From Octopus bimaculoides (Eukaryota): 37,032 nt of DNA. Location of the stretch: assembly GCF_001194135.2 (NCBI RefSeq), contig NC_068989.1, positions 76,143,211 to 76,180,242 on the forward strand, in the 5' to 3' direction. Below the pieces are notes generated by a model. That model saw nothing but the letters and a program-made list of their open reading frames with translations. It had not been told where the DNA came from and did not search any database. The position numbers and the translations under genes are program-made. Positions 1-9,996 of this stretch are shown here, piece after piece (positions within the stretch are counted from its first letter, which is position 1; each line of letters starts with the position of its first letter).

Positions 1-41
<41 letters not shown>
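1..41. repeat. (TA)n microsatellite
   Basis: Perfect AT dinucleotide run at the window start. Confidence 0.98.
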
Positions 42-42
<1 letters not shown>

Positions 43-92
43 GTTTTCCGCGATAAATTGAGAAACGGTGACGAGTGACAGTTCTATAAATT

Positions 93-243
93 ATAATAAT
101 ATTTATAAGCTTAATGCTTATAAGCGGTCACCGTTTATTGACTAAAGAAAATAGTCTAGTATTGGGATACACAATATTTAACTATTTTCTGTAGTCAATA
201 CAGGTTGATCGCTTATAAGGTTTAAGCTTATAAATATTATTAT
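93..243. mobile_element. Fold-back (hairpin) element, MITE-like
   Basis: Left arm 93-155 (ataataatatttataagcttaa...agaaaatagt) is the imperfect reverse complement of 181-243 (actattttct...ttataaatattattat). The outer 22 bp are perfect. Spacer about 25 nt. Confidence 0.75.
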
Positions 244-1545
244 TATTATTTACAGAAGATATATACATACATATACACATACATGTATACATAGATACAT
301 ACATTTGTATATATGCATACACACGCACACATCTGTACGTACATGGAAGCTTGCAGCGAATTGGCCGTGAGCTGATTTTTATTGAAATTTCTTATCGTTT
401 CACTTTACGTATATCGCTAACAACATTGTTACAAAATAATGAATGCCAGTGCATTCGTTTGTGTGTCGTCAGCAGAAGTGATTTCTAACATTTCAGGTAG
501 AGCTCTTCTCTGGATTATTATTTTTCTTCTTTACCTTGATCATAATAACTTTTAATTCTTCACCTAAGATGCAAAACCGTGTACCTACTTGGACCCAATC
601 CAGTTCAATGCACCAGTATTGATCTGTTGATAGCTATCAAAGAGAATAATCTCTGTATTTATAAAGATTAGTTTAAGAGCTAGCACAGGTTTACCAATTG
701 AATGTAAATCTCTTCATATACAGATATTAGAACTCATTAAAATGTCATGAGCTTCACATAATTTTCTTTGATGCTTCTTATAGTTTTGTTGCCTTGCTAA
801 TAATTAATTAATATATATAACTTGAGAATATTTATAATGGTTTATTTGCCAAGAAAATATAACAGCATCATAAATGCTTCATTAATTGATCATGATGTAT
901 GGAAAATAGGGAAGGAAACGATGAATTATGAATTTCGTTCGGCACTCAGGGGAATGAACGGTGCTTGTGAAACGGTTGAGGTCTTTGAAAACGGGGCCGA
1001 ATTGTGGAACTGATTCAACAAGTACGTTACGTAAGCTTCATAGTACCGCCAGAATTATATATCAATACTATTGTATAACATTGTTGACAATTGATTATTA
1101 TTCTGTGTATTATTCTATGTATTATTATATATATATATTATTCTATACATTATTCTATATGTGCTTTAAACAAACACTAATTGTTTTTCGCGGTCAATAT
1201 ACCTATAAAATATTGATTAGATAGCAATGCCTTTTATGTTGAATACATCAAATACATAGCTATTTCTTACTAATATTGATTATATTAGTGTTACAACATA
1301 TCCAGTATATTGACTGCGTTAATATTCTCGATAATTTGCTACGAAATACCAATTATCCAGTTAATTGGACAGTATTTTAACAGTATATTTAAGCGTTGAC
1401 TTCCTTATATGAAAACGTGGCATATAATAAGTATGAACTCGTGCTGTTGTTATGTTTGCTGTTTAGCTCCGAGGTGAGCTCAAATTTGGTAGATATATCA
1501 CGAAAGGCATTCCCGTCGCATCAGTTTTATTTTTATTTTTCTAGT

Positions 1546-1577
<32 letters not shown>

Positions 1578-1580
<3 letters not shown>

Positions 1581-2040
1581 AAGAAGAATGTTTTCTAGGA
1601 ATAATATATCATCAACTTTTTAAAGTTCCAGTTGGAAAGAAAGTAAGGGTAGACATAGAAGTTCTCTTTCTCAATGGATTTGCCAAAAGGTGGGTGATTG
1701 CGACAAAATATTGTTAGAGTGAATGGACCTATACTAAGCATGTGCCTGTAGACTGATGAACAAAAACTGGGCGAAGGCTAGTACCCTTGTTCGTCAGAGT
1801 GACTCTGGATCTGTGAGGTTCCCTGACTGGCTCTAGCTGGAGGTTCTCTTCTACCAGGAGGACTGCATCAAAGATGTGTTGACATATTTTGATAATATTT
1901 ATGCTTTTGACTCTTCCACCCCTCTTCTCTCTTTCTCTCATCTTTTATGTAAGTCATCCACTCACACTATAAACTGTTGTAATATTCCCTCAACTCAAAC
2001 TGTAAACTGTTGTAATATTCCCTACCCTATTCCCTATCCT
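1578..2040 (+). mobile_element. 5'-truncated 3' end of an L1/Tx1-like LINE (ORF2 C-terminus plus 3' UTR)
   Basis: With two frameshifts it reads IINFLKFQLERKVRVDIEVLFLNGFAKRWVIATKIVRVNGPILSMCL* (stop 1749-1751), which aligns with the copy at 27308-27480. It is followed by a pyrimidine-rich UTR and starts directly after a (TA)n run. Clade assignment is from recalled similarity. Confidence 0.7.
1961..2023 (+). repeat. 33-bp-period tandem duplication
   Basis: ctcacactataaactgttgtaatattccct (1961-1990) vs ctcaaactgtaaactgttgtaatattccct (1994-2023): 2 mismatches in 30. Confidence 0.9.
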
Positions 2041-2046
2041 AAAAAG

Positions 2047-2260
2047 ACGGTGAGCTGGCAGAAACGTTAGCACACCGGGCGAAATGCTTAGCGGTATTTC
2101 GTTGTCTTTACGTTCTGAGTTCAAATTCCACCAAGGTCGACTTTGCCATTCGTCCTTTCGGGGTCGATAGATTAAGTACCAGTTACCTACTGGAGTCGAT
2201 CTAATCGACTGGCCCCCTCCCCCCAAATTTCGGGCCATCTGCCTAGAGTAGAATAGAATA
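2047..2260 (+). mobile_element. tRNA-derived SINE, family 1 (gagctggcagaa head)
   Basis: A-box-like TGGCAGAAACGTT and B-box GAGTTCAAATTCC. Body is nearly identical to 13659-13825, and many decayed copies occur in the window. Confidence 0.85.
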
Positions 2261-2412
2261 TTACCTCCATATTTGATACTCCTTTGGAAAATAAAAAATA
2301 GATATCACTATTTTTATATCAAGACTCACAGCTTATTTGGCTGGGCATGATGGAAAGTGTCAGCTGTCCACAGCCAGCAAACTAAGGTGACATTTATTTA
2401 GTGGTCATGCTT

Positions 2413-2934
2413 NNNNNNNNNNNNNNNNNNNNNNNNNNNNNNNNNNNNNNNNNNNNNNNNNNNNNNNNNNNNNNNNNNNNNNNNNNNNNNNNNNNNNNNN
2501 NNNNNNNNNNNNNNNNNNNNNNNNNNNNNNNNNNNNNNNNNNNNNNNNNNNNNNNNNNNNNNNNNNNNNNNNNNNNNNNNNNNNNNNNNNNNNNNNNNNN
2601 NNNNNNNNNNNNNNNNNNNNNNNNNNNNNNNNNNNNNNNNNNNNNNNNNNNNNNNNNNNNNNNNNNNNNNNNNNNNNNNNNNNNNNNNNNNNNNNNNNNN
2701 NNNNNNNNNNNNNNNNNNNNNNNNNNNNNNNNNNNNNNNNNNNNNNNNNNNNNNNNNNNNNNNNNNNNNNNNNNNNNNNNNNNNNNNNNNNNNNNNNNNN
2801 NNNNNNNNNNNNNNNNNNNNNNNNNNNNNNNNNNNNNNNNNNNNNNNNNNNNNNNNNNNNNNNNNNNNNNNNNNNNNNNNNNNNNNNNNNNNNNNNNNNN
2901 NNNNNNNNNNNNNNNNNNNNNNNNNNNNNNNNNN
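2413..2934. other. Assembly gap (N run)
   Basis: N bases. Other gaps: 3296-3305, 4133-4142, 9408-9525, 10101-10909, 14813-15588, 26042-26921, 29288-29928, 30613-31542. Confidence 1.
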
Positions 2935-3109
2935 CTTATGTTTACTGTATTGAAAGTGTTTTGCGTAGAATGTGTGCAGTACCCAGTAGTGCAATTTTCT
3001 GTATGTTATATATATTTGTAAGTCCTGGTGTTTTTGTTATGTATTTGTCTGAATATTTTTTTATTATACCTAAGGCACCTACTATGATAGGAATTGTTTC
3101 TGTTTTTAG
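2935..3109 (-). mobile_element. 5'-truncated tail of an R4/Dong-like REL non-LTR retrotransposon (family A)
   Basis: Minus strand reads LKTETIPIIVGALGIIKKYSDKYITKTPGLTNIYNIQKIALLGTAHILRKTLSIQ*. The PI(I/V)xGALG and QKxALLGTAHILR motifs are typical of the C-terminus downstream of the REL domain in R4-clade elements. Confidence 0.8.

Positions 3110-3158
<49 letters not shown>
3110..3158. repeat. (TTA)n/(TAA)n microsatellite abutting the REL-LINE 5' junction
   Basis: About 16 perfect units. It produces the poly-Asn and poly-Leu ORFs in the track. Confidence 0.97.
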
Positions 3159-3160
<2 letters not shown>

Positions 3161-3164
3161 ATTA

Positions 3165-3430
3165 TTCAGGCAGCGAGCGGACAGATTCCTGCTCAAAAAT
3201 GATTAGCAGCATTTCTTCCGTTTTTATATTTCTGAATCTAAATTCCGCCGAAGTTGACTTTGCCATTCTCTTGTTTTTTTTTTTTTTTTTTTTTTNNNNN
3301 NNNNNTTTTTTTTTTTTTGTTTTTTTTCCGTGGACGATTAAATATCATACCAGCTAAGCACTGGGATCAATGTAATTGACTTTCTCCTCCCCTAAAAATT
3401 TCAGGCCTTGTGCCTATAGTAGAAACTACC
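3165..3430 (+). mobile_element. Decayed SINE family 1 copy with an internal poly-T and gap
   Basis: aaattccgccgaagttgactttgcc, ctgggatcaatgtaattgac and aaaatttcaggccttgtgcctatagtagaaa all match family 1. Confidence 0.65.
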
Positions 3431-3559
3431 ATTTATTATTATCGAACGTCTCCCTCCCTACTGACGGTTATACATTGTCGTTGTATTTCTTTTCCATTAC
3501 GGTAATCTTGTTTACACACAAAACCCCAACAACAACACACACTCACAACCACCCAAACA

Positions 3560-3605
<46 letters not shown>

Positions 3606-3715
3606 CACACACACACTCACTCTTTATTTTGTCCTGTACTATCCATGTTTTTCTCAATGTAAACCCTTTGTGGTTAATAAAGAAATCATTATCATCATCA
3701 TCATAATCATCATCA

Positions 3716-3768
<53 letters not shown>

Positions 3769-3780
3769 GTTGTTGTTGGT
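3560..3780. repeat. (CA)n and compound (ATC)n(ATT)n(GTT)n microsatellites flanking an aataaagaaa-type retroelement tail
   Basis: Direct reading. The tail ...ccctttgtggttaataaagaaa at about 3663-3685 resembles the Tx1/SINE tail. Confidence 0.85.
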
Positions 3781-4030
3781 GTAATTGATGACAATGTGTA
3801 GTTAAATACCTCGCTTCCACCTTCGCTGTAATTAATCGGTGCTAATTACCAATATGTCACCGCCGCCATTTTGTTAATGTCAAGTGTACCAAGTTTATTG
3901 CCACCACTGTGACCACTACACTAACCGCTTCGGCCACCATCACCACCATCACCACCACTACAACCACAACTACAGCTTTGGTCAGTAGACTTCTGTCAGT
4001 AACCATCTGTGGTGTCCAGTCAGTCAGCGC

Positions 4031-4033
4031 TTG

Positions 4034-4092
<59 letters not shown>

Positions 4093-4180
4093 TTATCTGT
4101 CGTCTGCCTTTCTGTCTGTCGTCTGTTTTTCTNNNNNNNNNNTCTATCTGTCGTCTGCCTTTCTGTCTGTCGTCTGTTTT

Positions 4181-4227
<47 letters not shown>

Positions 4228-4281
4228 GTCGTCTGCCTTTCTATCTGTCGTCTGTTTTTCTATCTATCTATCTATCTATCT
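4031..4281. repeat. Compound (CTAT)n satellite with three copies of a ~36-bp cassette
   Basis: Cassette tctgtcgtctgcctttct(g/a)tctgtcgtctgtttttc at about 4097, 4147 and 4224, embedded in (CTAT)n. Confidence 0.9.
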
Positions 4282-5004
4282 ACAAAGTAAGTGAACCTGC
4301 TGGCAGGTGTATATGTCGGTGTTGTGGATTATTAGTTCAACTACGTTCTGCAATGCTTCAAACGCCAGTCTTACTTATTGTGATATATATTTACTCGATC
4401 ATTCGTTTGCATACCCTCTCCCTAAATGTTTAAATGTTTCGCTCTGTGACAAACTTACTCAGCTACTGGACATCTACGTTCAAAAATATACACATTCACA
4501 AATCCGTTTATCCGTACAGTCATAACATATAATAAATACATTTGGGATATGCATTCGTAAGTACAAACATACACACACACAGCTCCACAGACCCTCCACA
4601 CACAACCCACAAGCATATATACATACATACACATACTTATATATTATACCCAATTAGTCTGTCACATACCTGCATATACGTACACATCCCTACGCGCATT
4701 TACAGATATATATATATACACACACACATATACATATATATATATAAACTTACCTACACATCTACCTACATCGAAATAGGTAGGTACACCATGTGCGGTT
4801 GTCAGTCGTGGCCGACAGTCAGCGCACATTGACTGCGGCTCCTGTACTCCGTTCCTAATTTAGATAATCATCAGCATATCTGTCGGGGCGACACTTCTGA
4901 ATTAACTGCGAAAACTCGACAAATTTTATCAAGGGACAAAGGGCCAAAAAGTAGATAAAAACAACAATAATTTAATTTAACATAATAAGCGATAGTCTCT
5001 AACG

Positions 5005-5724
5005 ATGGAATCGGAATTATGTCCAACACCTAAATCACCAAATCGCCCAAGTTTGGGTTCAAAATCATCGGAATCACTAGAAGAAACGAGCCCTTTGAAC
5101 TCAACTACAATGGAATGTACTGAATGCCCCGAATTCCCGGAATGCCCCGAATGCCCGGAATGCCCTGAATGCTCGGAATGTCCGGAATATCCAGAATGTC
5201 CAGAATATCCGGATAATGATCTTGAACCTTCAGAAAATGGCGAAGAAGCGTGTAATACGGAAGATAAAGAACTTGCATTGTCCATTTCAGAAGAATTGAT
5301 GGAACCGACCGATCCTACGATTTCGGTATCAGAAACTTTCTTAGAAGACATGGAAACAATTGGATCTTTAGATGACCTTACAGAAGCAAATTCAATGACG
5401 CAAGAATTTCCAGAATCTATGACCGAAGAAAATTCCTATGACCAACGAGACGACTTAACTCATCAAGTACCGGAAGAATCCTTAACTACTGAATCTGCCG
5501 TTTTGGCATTAGTCGAAAGTTTGGAAACTACTGGGGAAAGAACATTGGGAGTTCTGGATGTACCTGCAACGTTGGAAATCCCTTTTACAGAAACATTACA
5601 ACCAACAGGAAGTATTATGGATGGACCAATACTGACAACATCAGAACATCAACTTTATGTGGAGTGTAGAAAGTCTGTACTAATGGAACCGCAGGGTCCG
5701 GTAAGAACGAGAGAACTGGATAGT
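5005..5724 (+). CDS. First coding exon (240 codons) of an unidentified Glu/Thr/Ser-rich, probably disordered protein with an (E-C-P)n tract
   Basis: ATG 5005 in a good Kozak context (A at -3, G at +4) with an in-frame TAG upstream at 4993-4995. It is 720 nt of non-microsatellite open frame in AT-rich DNA. It ends at the phase-0 donor AGT/GTGAGT (5724/5725), after which composition becomes intron-like. An alternative phase-0 donor CCG/GTAAGA lies at 5700/5701. Confidence 0.8.
5113..5211 (+). repeat. Coding 9-bp minisatellite, 11 units, consensus GAA TGY CCN
   Basis: Units: ECT ECP EFP ECP ECP ECP ECS ECP EYP ECP EYP. Most variation is at third codon positions. Confidence 0.95.
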
Positions 5725-5864
5725 GTGAGTTTCTATGTTTGTTTTATGAATTTATTCATTTCAAAGCAATATGTCTCTTAACAGTTTGTCAATAGAATTT
5801 TGCAAGCATCAAATTTGGTTATTTTGTTTGGTATTTATATGTTAATAATATCTAATATTATCGT

Positions 5865-7250
5865 GTAAATTCCGTCGAGGTCGATGTTTTTTTTTGTCCT
5901 TCCGGCGTCGATAAAATAAATACTAGTTGATCGCTGGGGTCGATGTAATCGACTTCCTCCTCCCCTATCGAAATTGTTGATCTTGTACCAAAATTTGAAC
6001 CCACTATCTATATTATCATGTTTATAAGAAACAAACAACAAAAAAAGAAAATGGTTTCCATTGAAATACTTTGTAGGAAAAAGAGAGTAAACAGAGAAAA
6101 CACGTTACTCTAAAGTTATTCTATTTGTCTATTTTTTTTTTAGAGAAAATATTAAGAAACATTGCTTTCAAGATTTTAGACAGTTTTATTACTAAATGGT
6201 TGGTATGGCAGGATTTGAACTCAGAACGTAAAAACTTTCTCTAAATACCGCTGGTATTTTGTCCGTCGGCCTAGCAGTTTTGTCAATCCACGGCCGCTCT
6301 GAAGTACATATTTCCTTCCATGTATGCCAAAATATGAAACCGATATTAACAAAATATGAAACCAATATTAACAATAATGGAGCGAGCTGGCAGAATAGTT
6401 AGCACGATGAGCTAATTGCTTAGAGACATTTCGTCCATCGCTACGTTCTGAAATCAAATTCCGCCGAATTCGATTTTGCCCTTCATCCTTTCCTGGAAAT
6501 AAATCCCAGTTGAAATCGCTGTACTTGTTCCAAAATTTGAAACCAATACTAATGTTAACAGTAGATTTGCTGCATCGGTAGAGTATCAAACAAAAATTTA
6601 TATGGTATATTTAAATCCAGTTATTTTGTTTCTGAGTTCAAATTCCTCTACGAACAACTTTGACTTTCAGTTTTCTCAGCTTCTTTAACATTAGTTTCAA
6701 TAAAGTGCTGATCGATATACTAATTTGTACTCAATCCTTCCTAAATTTGAGACATTCTGACTATGTGAAAAATGGATATTATACATTGTTCAAGGAGAGT
6801 AGATTAACTTAATAGTTTGCGCGTCAGATACAATTTTTACACTATTGATTTCGCTACTTTACTTTCTGGGCTCAAGCCCCGTCAACGTTAAACATTGCCA
6901 TTCATCATTCTGGGGTCGATAAAACAAATATCAGTCAAATAACGGGTAGAATTAATTGATCATACTCATCCTGGGTATATTAACCTTGTGTCTGTATTAG
7001 AAATCAGTATTTTGCGGATTAGCAAAATCCTTAGGTATTTAGTTACAACCCTTTGCATTCTGAGTTTAAGCTCCGCCGATGTCAGCTCTTGTTTTCAGGA
7101 TTGTTAATAATATTATAGGTATCAGTGAAGTTACGAGTGCCTCGATTTAAACCATTTGGGGATCTTTTGCGCAAAAATCAACATGGCTCTATGTCAATGA
7201 GAGGTCAAATTTGCCTTTCATCATACCGGGGCCGACAATCTTCTCACAAA
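5865..7250. mobile_element. Cluster of decayed SINE family 1 fragments in both orientations
   Basis: Recurring ttctgagttcaaattc(c/g)gccgaggtcgac...ggggtcgat motifs at about 5865-6005 (+), 6205-6298 (-), 6380-6550 (+), 6570-6760, 6820-7010, 7015-7110 and 7195-7240 (+). Confidence 0.7.
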
Positions 7251-7527
7251 AACACACCGACCCATCTCTGGAATATAAGTGTCAAGAACGATTAGACGTT
7301 TTTGATCACTTATTTTGCCAGAAAAATTGACCTTTTCGAGATTGCCCCTCAAGCATTTATTAACAAAGCCAAGTGTGCCAATAATAGATGTAAATGGGAA
7401 TTTATAATTTGGTTTGAAAAGCTGTATATTTCGAAGTAGTTGCTCGTAAATATTCTCCTTGTTATTAATTTGCTAAGAAACGTTAGCATTTGCAGAGCAA
7501 GTCTATGTATGCATGTATGTACACTTT

Positions 7528-7748
7528 ATTTCACGCTGCTCCAGCCCACTCAGCTGGCAAAAATGAGTAGTTCCTGTATTTCAAAGGGTCATCCTTGTCA
7601 CACCCTGTGTCATGCTGAATCTCCCTGAGAACTACGTTAAGGGTGCACGTGTCTGTGGAATGCTCAGCCACTTGCACGTTAATTTCAGGAGCAAACTGTT
7701 CCGTTGATCGTATGAGCTGGGACCCACGTCGTCGTAACCGATAGAGTG
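7528..7748 (+). mobile_element. 3' part of SINE family 2
   Basis: Reverse-complement match to 33395-33600, e.g. gaatgctcagccacttgcacgttaatttca. Confidence 0.85.
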
Positions 7749-7801
<53 letters not shown>

Positions 7802-8109
7802 CTTCACCTAACTTATCTTATATAGGTATCTTAGGTACCAGAAATTTGAAAATATTGTGAGTTTTCATTACTTTCTAGTGCAGGATACAATGTAAAGACG
7901 GGCCATTTTATTCGCCTGTTAAACATATGCCTTTTAATCTTTCTAGTTTTACGGTCTTGCACAAACCCTCCTGGGAATGAAAGAGGAAACTATCCACAAA
8001 CCAGAGGTGCGGCACGAATGCTTGCTACGGAATGGACACCGCTACAGGCATTCACAGCACCAAATTGTGTTGATGTTAAACCCGGTGACGTATTAAATCT
8101 GTTACACAA

Positions 8110-8330
8110 GCAGGTCACAACGTGATTTGAACTCTGAACTCTGAACTTCAAGAAGCGGAATAAATACTACAAGTATGGGGTGCGACGTTCCTACATTTCC
8201 GCCAAACCATTAATGTACGTTTTTATCGACCACAAAAAATTAAAAGGCAAACTTGATCTTGGTAGGATTTGAACCACTGCGTCGGAATAATATGGAAAAA
8301 CATTCTACCCGATGCTTTAACAACTCTGCC
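8110..8330 (-). mobile_element. Decayed SINE family 1 fragments
   Basis: gatttgaactctgaac and aaaggcaaacttgatcttggtaggatttgaacc are reverse-complement B-box/body relics. Confidence 0.5.
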
Positions 8331-8646
8331 AAATATATGCAGAGCTTATATGTCACTTGTACTGGGTGACTTGTTTTGATTAGTCTAAATAAATTCATGC
8401 ATTATGTATGGAGGCCTAAAATTGACGTACGGAGTCCCTTTTGATAATCTCTCACGATATATACATATATACATACATATTTACATATACACACGCACGC
8501 CCCCACACGTACGTGTGTGGGTATGTATGTATACGGATTGACTGATGAATCAGTGAATTTGTTAAACAGACTGTTAAGTTTATACACACACACTTACACA
8601 CACACACACACACATACTTATACATGCGTGCATGTATAAGTATATA

Positions 8647-8709
<63 letters not shown>

Positions 8710-9525
8710 CGGTATTTAAACAACGTTGCTATATATTTGTATACGCATACTTATGAATGATTAGATGTTTGTTAATTAATACACTATGGAGGAATGTATG
8801 TATTTATTGATCCATTTATCTTTTATAGATTTCTATTAATGTATTGATCTATAAATATGTAACTCCATGTCTGAATATTGCACCTCCCTTCCTGCTCCAT
8901 CTCTCTCTCTCCCCTAAAAAATATACAAAATACATCTGTGTATGTGTGCGTGTGTTCGGGTGGCATAGGGCGCGCGTTAGTGTATGTATCGTTGGTGACA
9001 TTTAGCCCTGAATCCGCTCTGAACAATCAGATCTTAGACAGCATTGTGTTTTAAAAATTTGTCTGTTGTTTCTAGCATATAAAGAGGTCATGTAGAGGCA
9101 CCTTCTTTTCATGCATATTATTGCACTACAGTCCATGTGTCTTCGGGATTTACGAATATAACGTTATACGCATTTGTACATTCTATGTGTATATGTGAAT
9201 TGAACATACATACGTACACACACACACACACATATATATGTATATATAATACAAATAATATGTGAGTATATGCATATATACGTACATGTATGTACATACC
9301 TACATCTACATGTATATATAGATGCATATCTGGGTACAGGACGTCACAAAAAAAACGTGGACGAAATGAAAAACAGAACATAAACAGAGCACAGAAAACA
9401 CACAGGCNNNNNNNNNNNNNNNNNNNNNNNNNNNNNNNNNNNNNNNNNNNNNNNNNNNNNNNNNNNNNNNNNNNNNNNNNNNNNNNNNNNNNNNNNNNNN
9501 NNNNNNNNNNNNNNNNNNNNNNNNN

Positions 9526-9569
<44 letters not shown>

Positions 9570-9748
9570 GTACGTACATACATGCATACATACATACATG
9601 CATACATACATACATACATACATAGTTGTTACTTGCAAGCATGTATGCCCTGAAAACGTACAATGCAATATCATTAATTGTTTCCCGTGCTTATGTATTC
9701 ACGCGTGGTCAAAGACATCCTCTTGGCCTTTTAAGACTTGACCATCAG

Positions 9749-9822
9749 AACATCGAGGAAGACACAGCTGCTGGGAGAGAGCTGTGCAAGCACTCGACTA
9801 GAGTGTTACTCATTTCACTTAA
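9749..9822 (+). CDS. Candidate internal exon (NIEEDTAAGRELCKHSTRVLLISL)
   Basis: Acceptor ...ttgaccatcag, phase 0 compatible with the 5005 exon, open frame, strong donor AA/GTAAGC, locally raised GC. No homology recognised. Confidence 0.3.
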
Positions 9823-9996
9823 GTAAGCAGATTCAACGTGAACTGACACGCCTAGCTTAAGGACACAAAGCGTCACCTGATCCTGGAATCCAAGACATGT
9901 ATGTACAAGTGTATGAGTGGATATGCCTGTCTGACTTCACATTACTTCTGTCTCAGTCAATTTTTTTATGAATAATAAATTTGTGTCTACCAATAA

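Noticed and set aside
822-1224. ORFs 822-1013 and 961-1224 and the donor-like TAC/GTAAGC at 1030
   Set aside because: Non-ATG starts, no recognisable motif and no convincing acceptor. At most a non-coding exon, which cannot be supported here.
4097-4260. CRISPR-like array (repeats separated by spacers)
   Set aside because: The spacers are CTAT microsatellite, the context is eukaryotic and there are no cas genes.
4741-4750. TATAAA as a core promoter for the 5005 gene
   Set aside because: It is simply the end of a (TA)n run.
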